DNA of 38,757 nucleotides from a candidate division WOR-3 bacterium (GCA_027050205.1 JALUCS010000073.1:1-38757), one strand, 5' to 3'. Numbered from the stretch's first letter, positions 18,617-27,039 are shown. Program-made: numbers and translations. The notes: a model not told the origin generated them from the sequence alone.

Positions 18617-19282
18617 ATGAACTTTTTTGCAGAGTTTCCCGGCAGGCTTGAGGGGATGGTGAAGATGCTTGAGGCGGAGGATGGGGTGGTGGTGAAGGAG
18701 TTCAGCATACGTCCCCCTCTCCCCGCGGAGGAGATAGAAAAGGTGGTGGCATCGGCCAAAGAGGAGGGTATAGAGGTACCCGGAGACGTCCTGGCCTTCT
18801 ACTCCGTATGCAACGGTTTCACTCTGAAGTGGAACCTTAGAAAGATGGAGGAGGAGTTAGATACGGAAGTTGTGGGTACGGCTGACGTTCTACCGATAGA
18901 GAACGTGTTCTCCGACTGGGACGGTTTCCTGTACTTCAGCGATGAGCCGGAGCTTAACGAGATAGACGGGTACGACCTTACCAAGGCGAAGGTATTTGAC
19001 AACTTCGTTGAGGAAGCGGGGGTCTTACTGTACTTCGGTGAAAGGCCGGGGTACGAGGTGCTTTACCACTACTACGGTGAGGAGATACTGCCCACCGGGT
19101 GGTCCCTGAAGGAGTACCTTAACAACCTCCTCAGGATGAAGGCCCTCTGGTACTGGCAGCCGGCCCTAATTGAGGCGGAGGGGGACGTTCTCAAAGCCTT
19201 CGTGGAGAACGACCTCTACCCCGACCTTGAGGCCCTCGGTCTGGACGGCCTCGTAAGGCGTCTACTCCTGAAGGAGGTTTAG
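18617..19282 (+). CDS. SMI1/KNR4 (SUKH) family protein, immunity-like
   Basis: PPLPAEEIEK...GIEVPGDVLAFYSVCNG matches the SUKH N-terminal signature; C-terminal SLKEYL; very acidic. Confidence 0.7.
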   Translation: MNFFAEFPGRLEGMVKMLEAEDGVVVKEFSIRPPLPAEEIEKVVASAKEEGIEVPGDVLAFYSVCNGFTLKWNLRKMEEELDTEVVGTADVLPIENVFSDWDGFLYFSDEPELNEIDGYDLTKAKVFDNFVEEAGVLLYFGERPGYEVLYHYYGEEILPTGWSLKEYLNNLLRMKALWYWQPALIEAEGDVLKAFVENDLYPDLEALGLDGLVRRLLLKEV

Positions 19283-19294
19283 ACCGGCCATCCC

Positions 19295-21379
19295 TCACAT
19301 CCGCAGGTACCCCTTGAGTTTGACGCCGAAGATGTAGTCCGCCCTCTCGTAGGTGAAGGGGTTGAGGTTGAGGGTATCCGTGGGCTTGAGCCTCGTATTG
19401 AGGGAGACGTATAAGCCGGTCAGACCCTTCTCAAAGGAGAGGAAGACCCACGCCCGGTCGTATATCCCCATCACAACGTCCGGACGCTCCACGACCTTCT
19501 CCCATCCCACCCTCGCTGTGGCTACGTTCCCCAGAGAAAGGGTCAGGCGGAGGATGTTCCTTATGGTGAGGGGCATCCCCGGATAGCTCCACACTGACAG
19601 GCCGTCGGATACGCTAAGGAACTGGGAGATCCTCCACGGCAGACCGAAGTGTGCTTTGGAGTAGGTTCCGAGGTCGCCCGTTGCGTAGTTGTACAAGTTT
19701 CCGGTGGAGAGGTCAAACTGCAGGTAGTTCGCCCGGAGGTTGAAGGAGGAAAAGAGGGAGACCTGTCTGCCGTAGAACCTGACCAGCGTATCCCTGTAGG
19801 GGTCGTACTCGTACTGTTCCCCAAAGTTAGCGCTGACGAAGACGTTGTGTCCCTTACCGAACCCCATACCCATCTCCCCGATCACACCCCTGGAGAAGGG
19901 TTCTCCGGCCTCCCTGTTTAGGAAGGCGGCGGCTCCCAACGAGAGGTAGTTGAGGTTGTGGAAGCGGTAGAGGGTACGTCTAACCCTGAAGAGCATATCC
20001 TTGGAGGCGGCGTAGGGCATGTAGGTTATCCTCTCGGCGTAGAAGAGGGAGTCTATCTCGCTGTAGGAGAAACCCACCACCCAGTAGGGGGACCGGTACC
20101 CCATGCCCCAGTTCCTGACCCAACCGCTCCGCCAACCGCCGGGATCGTCGTAGTAGTCGGCGTGCATAAGGGCGAAGCCTCCCTGAAAGTAGCCGTAGCT
20201 GAGGGCCACATCCACATCCGTGAGGACGTTGGTATCGGAAACCCTTACGGAACGGCCGGGGTTGAGGGGGTCCGGCAGGGGGTAGTACCCCCCGTACCTG
20301 CCCAGAAACGCCCCCGCGGATAGGTACTTACCCTTGTAGTTGGTTCTGAAGAGCCTCCAGTCCTGGCCGGAGTCGGTGCGCACGCTCATAAAGGCGAGGT
20401 TCGTCCCGAATAGCGATAGCCCTCCCTTGACGCCGTAGGTTATGGGAACCTCGTTGCCGTAGATATCCGCCCCGATGTTGCGGGTATAGACCAGCATGGA
20501 GTAGGGGAGAAACTCGTTGAAGTTGGGTCTGAAAAGCTCGTCATCGTGGGTGAAGAAGGGCCTACGCTCCTGAAGGAAGTACCGGTAGCGGCCGACGTTT
20601 ATGTAGTAGGGGTCGGACTCAACGTCCGCGAAGTCTGGCTTGATGGTCAGGTGGACGAAGTTGTCCTCAAGGGTGAGCCTTACGTCCCCGCCGCCGTATA
20701 TACGCCTCCGGAGGCTGTACTCCCCCGTCCAGAAGTCCCGAAGGGAGTCCCTCCTGTAGGTGGCGTAGGGCATAAGGCTCAAGGCCCACGAGAGGGGGGC
20801 GTTTATGAGGACGGGCTGCATGTCCGGGAACACGCCCCGTCGGTTCAGGGGGAGGCGCATCTGGTACCCGTCGGAGGTCCATCGGGAGAAGGCTATCCCC
20901 CACACCACCCCCCTCCGGTACCGGAAGGCCTTGAAGGGGATCCTCATCTCAACGATGTAGCCGTTCTCCGTTATCCTGCCGGCCGCCTCCCACTCCGTAT
21001 CCCACTGCGAATTGAACATACCGGAGTTCACCTCAACGTCCGCTCTGTTGCCGAAGGCATCGGCCGAGAAGATGTAGTACCTCTTACCGTCCCCGCCGTA
21101 GGGGTCAAGGGCGAAGGATACCCTGTCGGGGGAGAGGTCCCCCCTGCTTCCCCTTTGGAGGACGGGCTTTCTGCCATCGCATACGAAGGCGACGTATATG
21201 GCCCTGTCCGTATAGAAGACCTTGGCGGTCGTGGGATAGGGTACGTCCCCGTCAAGTGTTGGGGACTGCTGCCGGAAGTCCCTGAAGGTCAGGGCGGAGT
21301 CCCAGACCTCCTCCAGATGCCCGTCTATCTTCACATCGCCCAGTTTTGGGATGTAAGTTTGAGCGAGTACGAACAGCAT
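19295..21379 (-). CDS. CBM9-like/DUF5916 outer-membrane beta-barrel protein
   Basis: KIDGHLEEVW, YTDRAIYVAF, GYIVEMRIPF, TIKPDFADVESD, ERRPFF and YTRNIG motifs; amphipathic beta strands in the C-terminal half; SD GGGAGG. Confidence 0.8.
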   Translation of the reverse strand: MLFVLAQTYIPKLGDVKIDGHLEEVWDSALTFRDFRQQSPTLDGDVPYPTTAKVFYTDRAIYVAFVCDGRKPVLQRGSRGDLSPDRVSFALDPYGGDGKRYYIFSADAFGNRADVEVNSGMFNSQWDTEWEAAGRITENGYIVEMRIPFKAFRYRRGVVWGIAFSRWTSDGYQMRLPLNRRGVFPDMQPVLINAPLSWALSLMPYATYRRDSLRDFWTGEYSLRRRIYGGGDVRLTLEDNFVHLTIKPDFADVESDPYYINVGRYRYFLQERRPFFTHDDELFRPNFNEFLPYSMLVYTRNIGADIYGNEVPITYGVKGGLSLFGTNLAFMSVRTDSGQDWRLFRTNYKGKYLSAGAFLGRYGGYYPLPDPLNPGRSVRVSDTNVLTDVDVALSYGYFQGGFALMHADYYDDPGGWRSGWVRNWGMGYRSPYWVVGFSYSEIDSLFYAERITYMPYAASKDMLFRVRRTLYRFHNLNYLSLGAAAFLNREAGEPFSRGVIGEMGMGFGKGHNVFVSANFGEQYEYDPYRDTLVRFYGRQVSLFSSFNLRANYLQFDLSTGNLYNYATGDLGTYSKAHFGLPWRISQFLSVSDGLSVWSYPGMPLTIRNILRLTLSLGNVATARVGWEKVVERPDVVMGIYDRAWVFLSFEKGLTGLYVSLNTRLKPTDTLNLNPFTYERADYIFGVKLKGYLRM

Positions 21380-21413
21380 CAAAGCACCTCCCGTTTGGAA
21401 ATCCGCAGGCCAG

Positions 21414-21445
21414 CGGAGGAGAGAGAGCCGTACGGCTCCCCTCCC
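21414..21445 (-). other. GC-rich intergenic hairpin without U-tract
   Basis: Minus strand GGAGGGGAGCC-GTAC-GGCTCTCTCTCC, directly after the ABC gene stop. Confidence 0.5.
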
Positions 21446-21448
21446 ACC

Positions 21449-23125
21449 TCAAGGTTTGAGACCGTACTTCTTGAGTTGAAACTGCCACATCCTCGCATAC
21501 TCCCCTCCTTTGCGGAGCAGCTCATCGTGCGTTCCCTCCTCCACCACCTTACCCTCCTTGAAGACGAAGATCCGGTCGGCGTTCCTGACGCTCCAGAGGC
21601 GATGGGTGACCAGTATCAGGGTCCTATCCCTGTAGAGGTTCATCATGAAGTTGAAGATCTCAAACTCCGCCTCCGGGTCCAGGTTCTCCGTAGGCTCGTC
21701 AAATATGACGATATCCGCGTCCTCCCTGTACATCGTCCTCGCCAGGGCTATCCTCTGCCACTCCCCACCGGAAGGCTCAATACCTCCGAACTCCCTCCCT
21801 ATCTGGGTATCTGGCGGGAGCTTTATGCCTACCCTCTCCAGAACCTCCTTCAGCCTCCTGTGGTCCATATGGGCGTCCCCCCTGTAATCCGAGAGTACGA
21901 TGTTATCCTGCAGGCTCAACTTGTACTTCCCGAAGTTCTGGAAGGCCATGGTTATTCTTCCGGAGGAGACCCCGATGCTCCCCTCCGTCGGGTCGTAGAG
22001 GCCGAGAATTATCCTGCACAGGGTGGTCTTACCCGCACCGTTGTGGCCCACGAAGGCGACCTTCTGGCCCCTGTATATGGTCAGGTTTATGCCGTCAAGG
22101 ACGTAGCGTCTCCCATCGTAGGTGAATTTCAGACTATTGCACTTTACGGCGATGTCCCCGTCCGGGAGCCTGTACCTGTTCCTCCGCTCCCTCTTTACGG
22201 GCATGTTGATGAACCTCTCCAGCTCTTTAAAGGTCCCAAGGGTCCTGCTTGAGTACTCCGAGAACCACGCTATCAGGCTGAGGAGGGCCTCCTGCAGATA
22301 GACGAAGGAGAGGACGGTTGAACCCAGGAACCTCCCCTTAAACCCCAGGTATATCGCTGCTATTGACAGGATGGCCCCGAAGACGATGGCGGGGATTATC
22401 TTCAGGAGGTACGTCGTCCTCACCTTTCGCATCCGGCCGTGGAAGGAACGGTAGGCCTCACCGAACCTGTTCTTAAAGAGGGCGACCGCCCCGAAGGAGA
22501 ATATCTCGTAGATGTAGGGGAAGGTGAAGACGGTTGAGAGGGTGTAGTTCATCCTCCGGTTCTCCAGACTGGTGTCGTATATGGCCCACCACGACTTGTA
22601 GGAGAACTGGCCCCATACGATGCTGTAGGGCAGGACGGCTAAGATGATCGTAAAGGGTAGGACGGGGTTCAGGCGGAACAGGACGATGGAGATGCCGGAT
22701 ACGGTCAGGAAGGACTTCAGGATGTGGGAGAAGGTCCAGAGGAAGCTCGCCGGGGCGTACCTCGCCATGCTCTTGATGACCTCCAGACGGTTGTGTACGT
22801 CGGGGGACTCAAGCTGCTCCACGTTCCGAAACTCTTCCAGCTTTGAGAAGATCCTCTCCGCCATGTAGTTGGAGAACTTCTCGGTAAGATTGCCGCTGAT
22901 ATACGCGTTCAGGGGGTACGTGATGCTGTCCATAAACAGGAGTAAGGCGACGGCTACGATCAGGAGGGTGGTACTCCGGAGGACTTCCCCTTCGCTTATG
23001 AGCTGGACTACGAAGCCGGGTGCAAGGCCCGAGGGTAGCATCAGCCCCAGGAACATCAGGACCTCAAGGGGGGCTATTTTGAAAAGCAAAACAAAGTTGC
23101 GTAAAGCTACCTTCAGACTTTGCAT
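21449..23125 (-). CDS. ABC exporter (fused TMD-NBD), NisT/SpaT/lasso-exporter-like, no peptidase domain
   Basis: Several TM helices; Walker A GHNGAGKTT; FQNFGKYKLSLQDNI; signature SGGEWQRIALAR; DEPT and THR. Confidence 0.88.
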   Translation of the reverse strand: MQSLKVALRNFVLLFKIAPLEVLMFLGLMLPSGLAPGFVVQLISEGEVLRSTTLLIVAVALLLFMDSITYPLNAYISGNLTEKFSNYMAERIFSKLEEFRNVEQLESPDVHNRLEVIKSMARYAPASFLWTFSHILKSFLTVSGISIVLFRLNPVLPFTIILAVLPYSIVWGQFSYKSWWAIYDTSLENRRMNYTLSTVFTFPYIYEIFSFGAVALFKNRFGEAYRSFHGRMRKVRTTYLLKIIPAIVFGAILSIAAIYLGFKGRFLGSTVLSFVYLQEALLSLIAWFSEYSSRTLGTFKELERFINMPVKRERRNRYRLPDGDIAVKCNSLKFTYDGRRYVLDGINLTIYRGQKVAFVGHNGAGKTTLCRIILGLYDPTEGSIGVSSGRITMAFQNFGKYKLSLQDNIVLSDYRGDAHMDHRRLKEVLERVGIKLPPDTQIGREFGGIEPSGGEWQRIALARTMYREDADIVIFDEPTENLDPEAEFEIFNFMMNLYRDRTLILVTHRLWSVRNADRIFVFKEGKVVEEGTHDELLRKGGEYARMWQFQLKKYGLKP

Positions 23126-23147
23126 AGGACGGCTTTACCCCGTTATC

Positions 23148-23282
23148 TTAGGTTTCGGGCCGACCTCTGCAGCCCGATTTCCCCACCTGCGCGTTGTATG
23201 CGGCGACACTTACGACGTCGCCGATTTCGCTGACTAAGGGAAGATTGAAGGAAGATATTTTAACTACGGTGGGGTTGCTCAT
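23148..23282 (-). CDS. 44-aa small peptide, candidate RiPP/bacteriocin precursor
   Basis: MSNPTVVKISSFNLPLVSEIGDVVSVAAYNAQVGKSGCRGRPET; SD GGGAGG 9 nt before the ATG; own promoter; ends 22 nt before the ABC exporter. Confidence 0.65.
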   Translation of the reverse strand: MSNPTVVKISSFNLPLVSEIGDVVSVAAYNAQVGKSGCRGRPET

Positions 23283-23300
23283 CTTATAATCCTCCCGGTT

Positions 23301-23354
23301 GTGGCTGTCCCCGGCACCGGGGGACGACGACCCTCCGTCCTGGGTCGGTGCCAC
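23301..23354 (-). ncRNA. Structured 5' leader (three-way junction), candidate cis-regulatory RNA
   Basis: P1 GUGGC/GCCAC encloses P2 CGACCC/GGGUCG and P3 GUCCCC/GGGGAC; lies between the promoter and the SD. Confidence 0.5.
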
Positions 23355-23366
23355 CCTTGGGCGTTT

Positions 23367-23394
23367 ATTCTAAGCCCGAAGGGGATATCGTCAA
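23367..23394 (-). promoter_or_regulatory. Sigma70-type promoter of the peptide-ABC operon
   Basis: TTGACG-N16-TAGAAT on the minus strand. Confidence 0.7.
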
Positions 23395-23520
23395 GTGAAA
23401 ACTTCCTCCCAATTGATTAAAACGTAATATTTTCCGGTTTCACTACATTATGATGGGGGAGGAAGAGAATCATATAGCGACACCCAAAACCTCCTGGGCA
23501 ATCGCAACTCCCGTACCTTT

Positions 23521-23973
23521 CTACGGCCGGGAGATGTGCTTTTCCACGATGCGTATTATCTTTTCAACCTTCTCAAAACCATCGTCTATGGCCTTTTTAC
23601 TCTGGAGTTCCCGATAGTAGCCGTTTATGTGAAGTATATCGTAGACGTCCTTGAACAGGCCTTTTATTAGACCCTTGTCCTTTCCGATCCTCATGACCCT
23701 CTCAAGGTAGTAGTCGTACATATCCACCTTCTTAAGCCTACGGTTCAGATCCTTCGCCGAGATTAACCCTTCCCAGAGGAATAGGGCCTTCAGAGCTTCA
23801 AGGGCTGCCAAATAGGCCGTTCCGGAGGCTTCGGAGATGTATTTAAGGTCCATATACGCCCCCCTCCTCCTATCAACCCCGGCCTTCTTCAGTGTCTCTC
23901 TTGCGTTCTGTAGGTACCTCCTGGCCAGTTCCAATCTCTCCTGTGGGGTGGCGGGTGCCTTTACAACGGCCAT
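23521..23973 (-). CDS. DUF5618/PaREP1-like helical (HEPN-superfamily-like) protein
   Basis: ARRYLQNARETL, YxDxKY, AYLAALEALKA and YDILHINGYY motifs. Confidence 0.65.
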   Translation of the reverse strand: MAVVKAPATPQERLELARRYLQNARETLKKAGVDRRRGAYMDLKYISEASGTAYLAALEALKALFLWEGLISAKDLNRRLKKVDMYDYYLERVMRIGKDKGLIKGLFKDVYDILHINGYYRELQSKKAIDDGFEKVEKIIRIVEKHISRP

Positions 23974-23983
23974 AGGCTCTATT

Positions 23984-24439
23984 TTACGGCCGGGAGATGT
24001 GCTTCTCTACGATGCGGATAATCCTCTCCGCCTTCTCAAAACCATCGTCTATTGCCTTTTTACTTCGCAGTTCCCTGTAGTAGCCGCCTATGTGCAGTAT
24101 ATCATACACGTCCTCAAGTAGGTACATTAGTACGTCCCTGTCCTTTCCAAGGCCGCTCAAACCTTTCAACGTCCTGAAGTACATATCGTGCTTCTTCAAC
24201 TTCCTGTTCATTTCCGAGGAGTTCCTGAAGACCCCCCTGTCCAGAAAGAGGGCCTTTAGGGCTTCAAGTACCCCCCTGAAGGCCAAACCAGAGGCGGAAG
24301 AGACGTATTTGTAGTCTCTGTACGTGTTAGTTTCCTTTATCAGGCCTGCCTTTTTGAGTTCCTCTCTGGCGTTCTGTAGGTACCTCTTGGCCAGTTCCAA
24401 CCTCTCTTGCGGGGTCTCAAGCGTCTTTACTGCAGGCAT
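23984..24439 (-). CDS. DUF5618/PaREP1-like protein, tandem paralog
   Basis: Clear paralog of 23521-23973 (AKRYLQNAREEL, YRDYKYV, YDILHIGGYY, same C-terminus IVEKHISRP). Confidence 0.65.
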   Translation of the reverse strand: MPAVKTLETPQERLELAKRYLQNAREELKKAGLIKETNTYRDYKYVSSASGLAFRGVLEALKALFLDRGVFRNSSEMNRKLKKHDMYFRTLKGLSGLGKDRDVLMYLLEDVYDILHIGGYYRELRSKKAIDDGFEKAERIIRIVEKHISRP

Positions 24440-24448
24440 CTCCTCATT

Positions 24449-25024
24449 CTACGGCTGAGAGATAAAAACCTCCTTAAGGTCTATCTCCAGCCCTTTCAAC
24501 ACCTTACTTCTTATCTTCCCTTCACCCTCGGCTACACCGAAAAGTTCGTACTTCCCCTCATCGTTCAACACCCACACCTCAACGGCCCTCTCACCCGGAT
24601 AGATTATCCAGTACTCCTTAACTCCGTACTTCTCGTAAAGGGAGAACTTCTCATACCTGTCCCTGTAGAAACTTCCCGGGGATAGTATCTCAACCACAAG
24701 GTCAGGAGGACCGAAGAGCCTTCCCTGTTTGACGTCCTTTAGTTTATCCTTGGATATGAATACTATGTCCGGCTGTACGACGACTGTCTCTGACAGGATA
24801 ATGTCAAAGTGGGCAGGGAGGACCTTACCGAGGTCACGTTGATCCGTAAACGATCTGAATTTCAGGAGCAGTACCGTAAGCAAATCCTGATGCTCAAAGG
24901 ATGGTGCCGGCATCTCCTTCAACCTCCCGTTTATGACCTCGTAGCGTTTGCCATCCTCAAGGTGAAGGTAGTCTTCGTAGGTCCATACCTTCCTTTTTGG
25001 CCTCTCCTTAACCGCTACAGCCAT
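24449..25024 (-). CDS. Uma2 family (DUF820) PD-(D/E)xK endonuclease
   Basis: RYEVINGRL.EMPAP...HQ, QPDI, PDLVVEILSP and YEKYGVKEYWI motifs. Confidence 0.9.
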   Translation of the reverse strand: MAVAVKERPKRKVWTYEDYLHLEDGKRYEVINGRLKEMPAPSFEHQDLLTVLLLKFRSFTDQRDLGKVLPAHFDIILSETVVVQPDIVFISKDKLKDVKQGRLFGPPDLVVEILSPGSFYRDRYEKFSLYEKYGVKEYWIIYPGERAVEVWVLNDEGKYELFGVAEGEGKIRSKVLKGLEIDLKEVFISQP

Positions 25025-25982
25025 ATTTAACCTCCCCCGTCCTCATTTGAAGACCTCCTTAAGGTCTATCTCTAACCCCTCCAACACCTTACTTCTGACC
25101 TTACCCTCCCCCTCCGCTACGCTGAAGAGTTCGTACTTCCCCTCATCGTTCAGGACCCAAACCTCAACAGCCCTTTCTTCAGGATACACTATCCAGTACT
25201 CCTTGACCCCAAACCTCTCGTAGATGCCCTTCTTAACGACCGTATCCCTCCTTACCGTAGCGGGGGAGATTATCTCAACAACCAGGTCCGGAGGTCCCAT
25301 TATGGCCTTCTCGCCGATTATCCCAAGCCTATTCTTAGAGATGAAGACTATATCTGGCTGCAAAACGTACCTATCTCCTAAAACTACGTCTATGGGGGCA
25401 TCCAAAATTTGCCCTGCTCCCCTCTTCTGGATAAAACTCCACATCAAAAACTCAAGGTTCCTTGATATGATTTGATGCAAAGGTGTAGGTGCCGGCATCT
25501 CGTACAACCTCCCGTTTATGACCTCGTAGCGTTTGCCATCCTCAAGGTGAAGGTAGTCTTCGTAGGTCCATACCTTCCTTTTTGGCCTCTCCTTAACCGC
25601 TACAGCCATATTTAACCTCCCCCGTCCTCATTTGAAGACCTCCTTAAGGTCTATCTCCAGCCCCTCCAACACCTTACTTCTGACCTTACCCTCCCCCTCC
25701 GCTACGCTGAAGAGTTCGTACTTCCCCTCATCGTTCAGGACCCAAACCTCAACAGCCTTTTCTTCAGGATACACTATCCAATACTCCTTGATCCCAAACC
25801 TCTCGTAGATGCCCTTCTTAACGACCGTATCCCTCCGCACAGTAGCGGGAGAGATTATCTCAACGACCAGATCGGGAGGCCCCATTATAGCCTTCTCGCC
25901 GATTATCCCAAGCCTATTCTTAGAGATGAAGACTATATCTGGCTGCAAAACGTACCTATCTCCTAAAACTACGTCTATGGGG
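24920..25982. repeat. Near-identical ~478 bp direct repeat (24920-25397 and 25505-25982)
   Basis: Offset 585 nt. Each copy spans a Uma2 3' half, the 18-nt intergenic spacer and the next Uma2 5' end, with only scattered substitutions. Confidence 0.9.
25043..25609 (-). CDS. Uma2 family endonuclease
   Basis: Same motifs (PDLVVEIISP, YERFGVKEYWIV). Confidence 0.9.
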   Translation of the reverse strand: MAVAVKERPKRKVWTYEDYLHLEDGKRYEVINGRLYEMPAPTPLHQIISRNLEFLMWSFIQKRGAGQILDAPIDVVLGDRYVLQPDIVFISKNRLGIIGEKAIMGPPDLVVEIISPATVRRDTVVKKGIYERFGVKEYWIVYPEERAVEVWVLNDEGKYELFSVAEGEGKVRSKVLEGLEIDLKEVFK

Positions 25983-26194
25983 GAGGGAAGGACTTTCCCC
26001 CTACCTTTCTTCTTTGCAAACACCCTCATAATCAAAGCAATCTCCATCATCACATCCTGATGCAAAGGCGTAGGCGCAGGCATTTCTATCAACCTCCCGT
26101 TTATGACCTCGTACCGTTTGTCGTCCCCAAGGCGAAAGTAGTCCTCGTACGTCCAAACCTCCCTCTTTAGCCTTTTCTTAACCGCTACAGCCAT
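25628..26194 (-). CDS. Uma2 family endonuclease
   Basis: Same motifs; SD GGGAGG upstream of ATG 26194. Confidence 0.9.
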   Translation of the reverse strand: MAVAVKKRLKREVWTYEDYFRLGDDKRYEVINGRLIEMPAPTPLHQDVMMEIALIMRVFAKKKGRGKVLPSPIDVVLGDRYVLQPDIVFISKNRLGIIGEKAIMGPPDLVVEIISPATVRRDTVVKKGIYERFGIKEYWIVYPEEKAVEVWVLNDEGKYELFSVAEGEGKVRSKVLEGLEIDLKEVFK

Positions 26195-26238
26195 TTTCAA
26201 CCTCCCTTGCGAGGCAAAATTATATCCCCGAAATCAGA

Positions 26239-27039
26239 TTAGCCAACGAAGATGATGTTGTCGTAAAGAGGTACGCTGTCGTAATCCTCCACCGGAACCA
26301 TATCCGAAGGTCGCCTCTTGGTATCCCTTAGGACGAAAGGGCGGTAGCCCCTCTCTAACAGATGCAGATACCCACCCAGAAATAGCGGTCCCTTCTCAAC
26401 GATGAGGACGGGGCGAAACCTCTCAATCGTCCTTTCCATACCCTTCAGGACCTCGTTCTCCCACCCCTCAACGTCTATCTTAACCATCCGAACCCTATCT
26501 ATCCCCAGCTCATCTAAGACGTCGTCCAACCTCCTGATCCTTACCCGGAAGCCCCCTTCCTCCCCGCTTAGGAGGGTCGTTTCGCTCGGTGGCCTCCCCT
26601 TCGGCGTACGGATGTGGCGGTACTCCTCCCTGCTCCCCAGGGCGACGTTGAAGGCCATTACGTTGGGAACGTCGTTGAGGGTGAGGTTCTTGAGGAGGAT
26701 GCGGTAGGCTGGAGGGTTAGGCTCAAAGGCCAGTACCTTCCCCTTCCGTCCCACCCTTTTTGAGGCGTATATGCTGAAAAAGCCCACGTATGCCCCAACA
26801 TCAACGAAGACGTCCCCCTCCTTCAGGAACTCGTCCAAAACCCTCAAGGTACCCACCTCCCCCCTGCTGACGAAGTACTCCCCACCTACCTCCCTCTCAA
26901 CTACCATTCTGGCTCCGTAGGCGTTCCTGAAGTACAGGGGTAGGTTTAGGTATCCGAGGACCTTCAAAAGGAACCGTCTGTGTGCATAGACTACCCTCTT
27001 CTGCACCCTGTATAACCCCCTTTGCGACCCTACTTTCAC
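26239..27039 (-). CDS. FkbM family methyltransferase
   Basis: FVDVGAYVGFFS, VLAFEPNP and KIDVEGWENEVLKG motifs; start codon uncertain. Confidence 0.88.
   Translation of the reverse strand: MKVGSQRGLYRVQKRVVYAHRRFLLKVLGYLNLPLYFRNAYGARMVVEREVGGEYFVSRGEVGTLRVLDEFLKEGDVFVDVGAYVGFFSIYASKRVGRKGKVLAFEPNPPAYRILLKNLTLNDVPNVMAFNVALGSREEYRHIRTPKGRPPSETTLLSGEEGGFRVRIRRLDDVLDELGIDRVRMVKIDVEGWENEVLKGMERTIERFRPVLIVEKGPLFLGGYLHLLERGYRPFVLRDTKRRPSDMVPVEDYDSVPLYDNIIFVG

Noticed and set aside
20546..22252. 568-aa plus-strand ORF
   Set aside because: Antisense to the DUF5916 and ABC genes, with composition typical of a shadow ORF.
23283..23354. N-terminal extension of the peptide ORF to 68 aa
   Set aside because: The GTG has no SD and lies at the very start of the structured leader; ATG 23282 has a strong SD.
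24449..26194. Diversity-generating retroelement acting on the Uma2 copies
   Set aside because: No reverse transcriptase in the window, and the differences are not adenine-specific.
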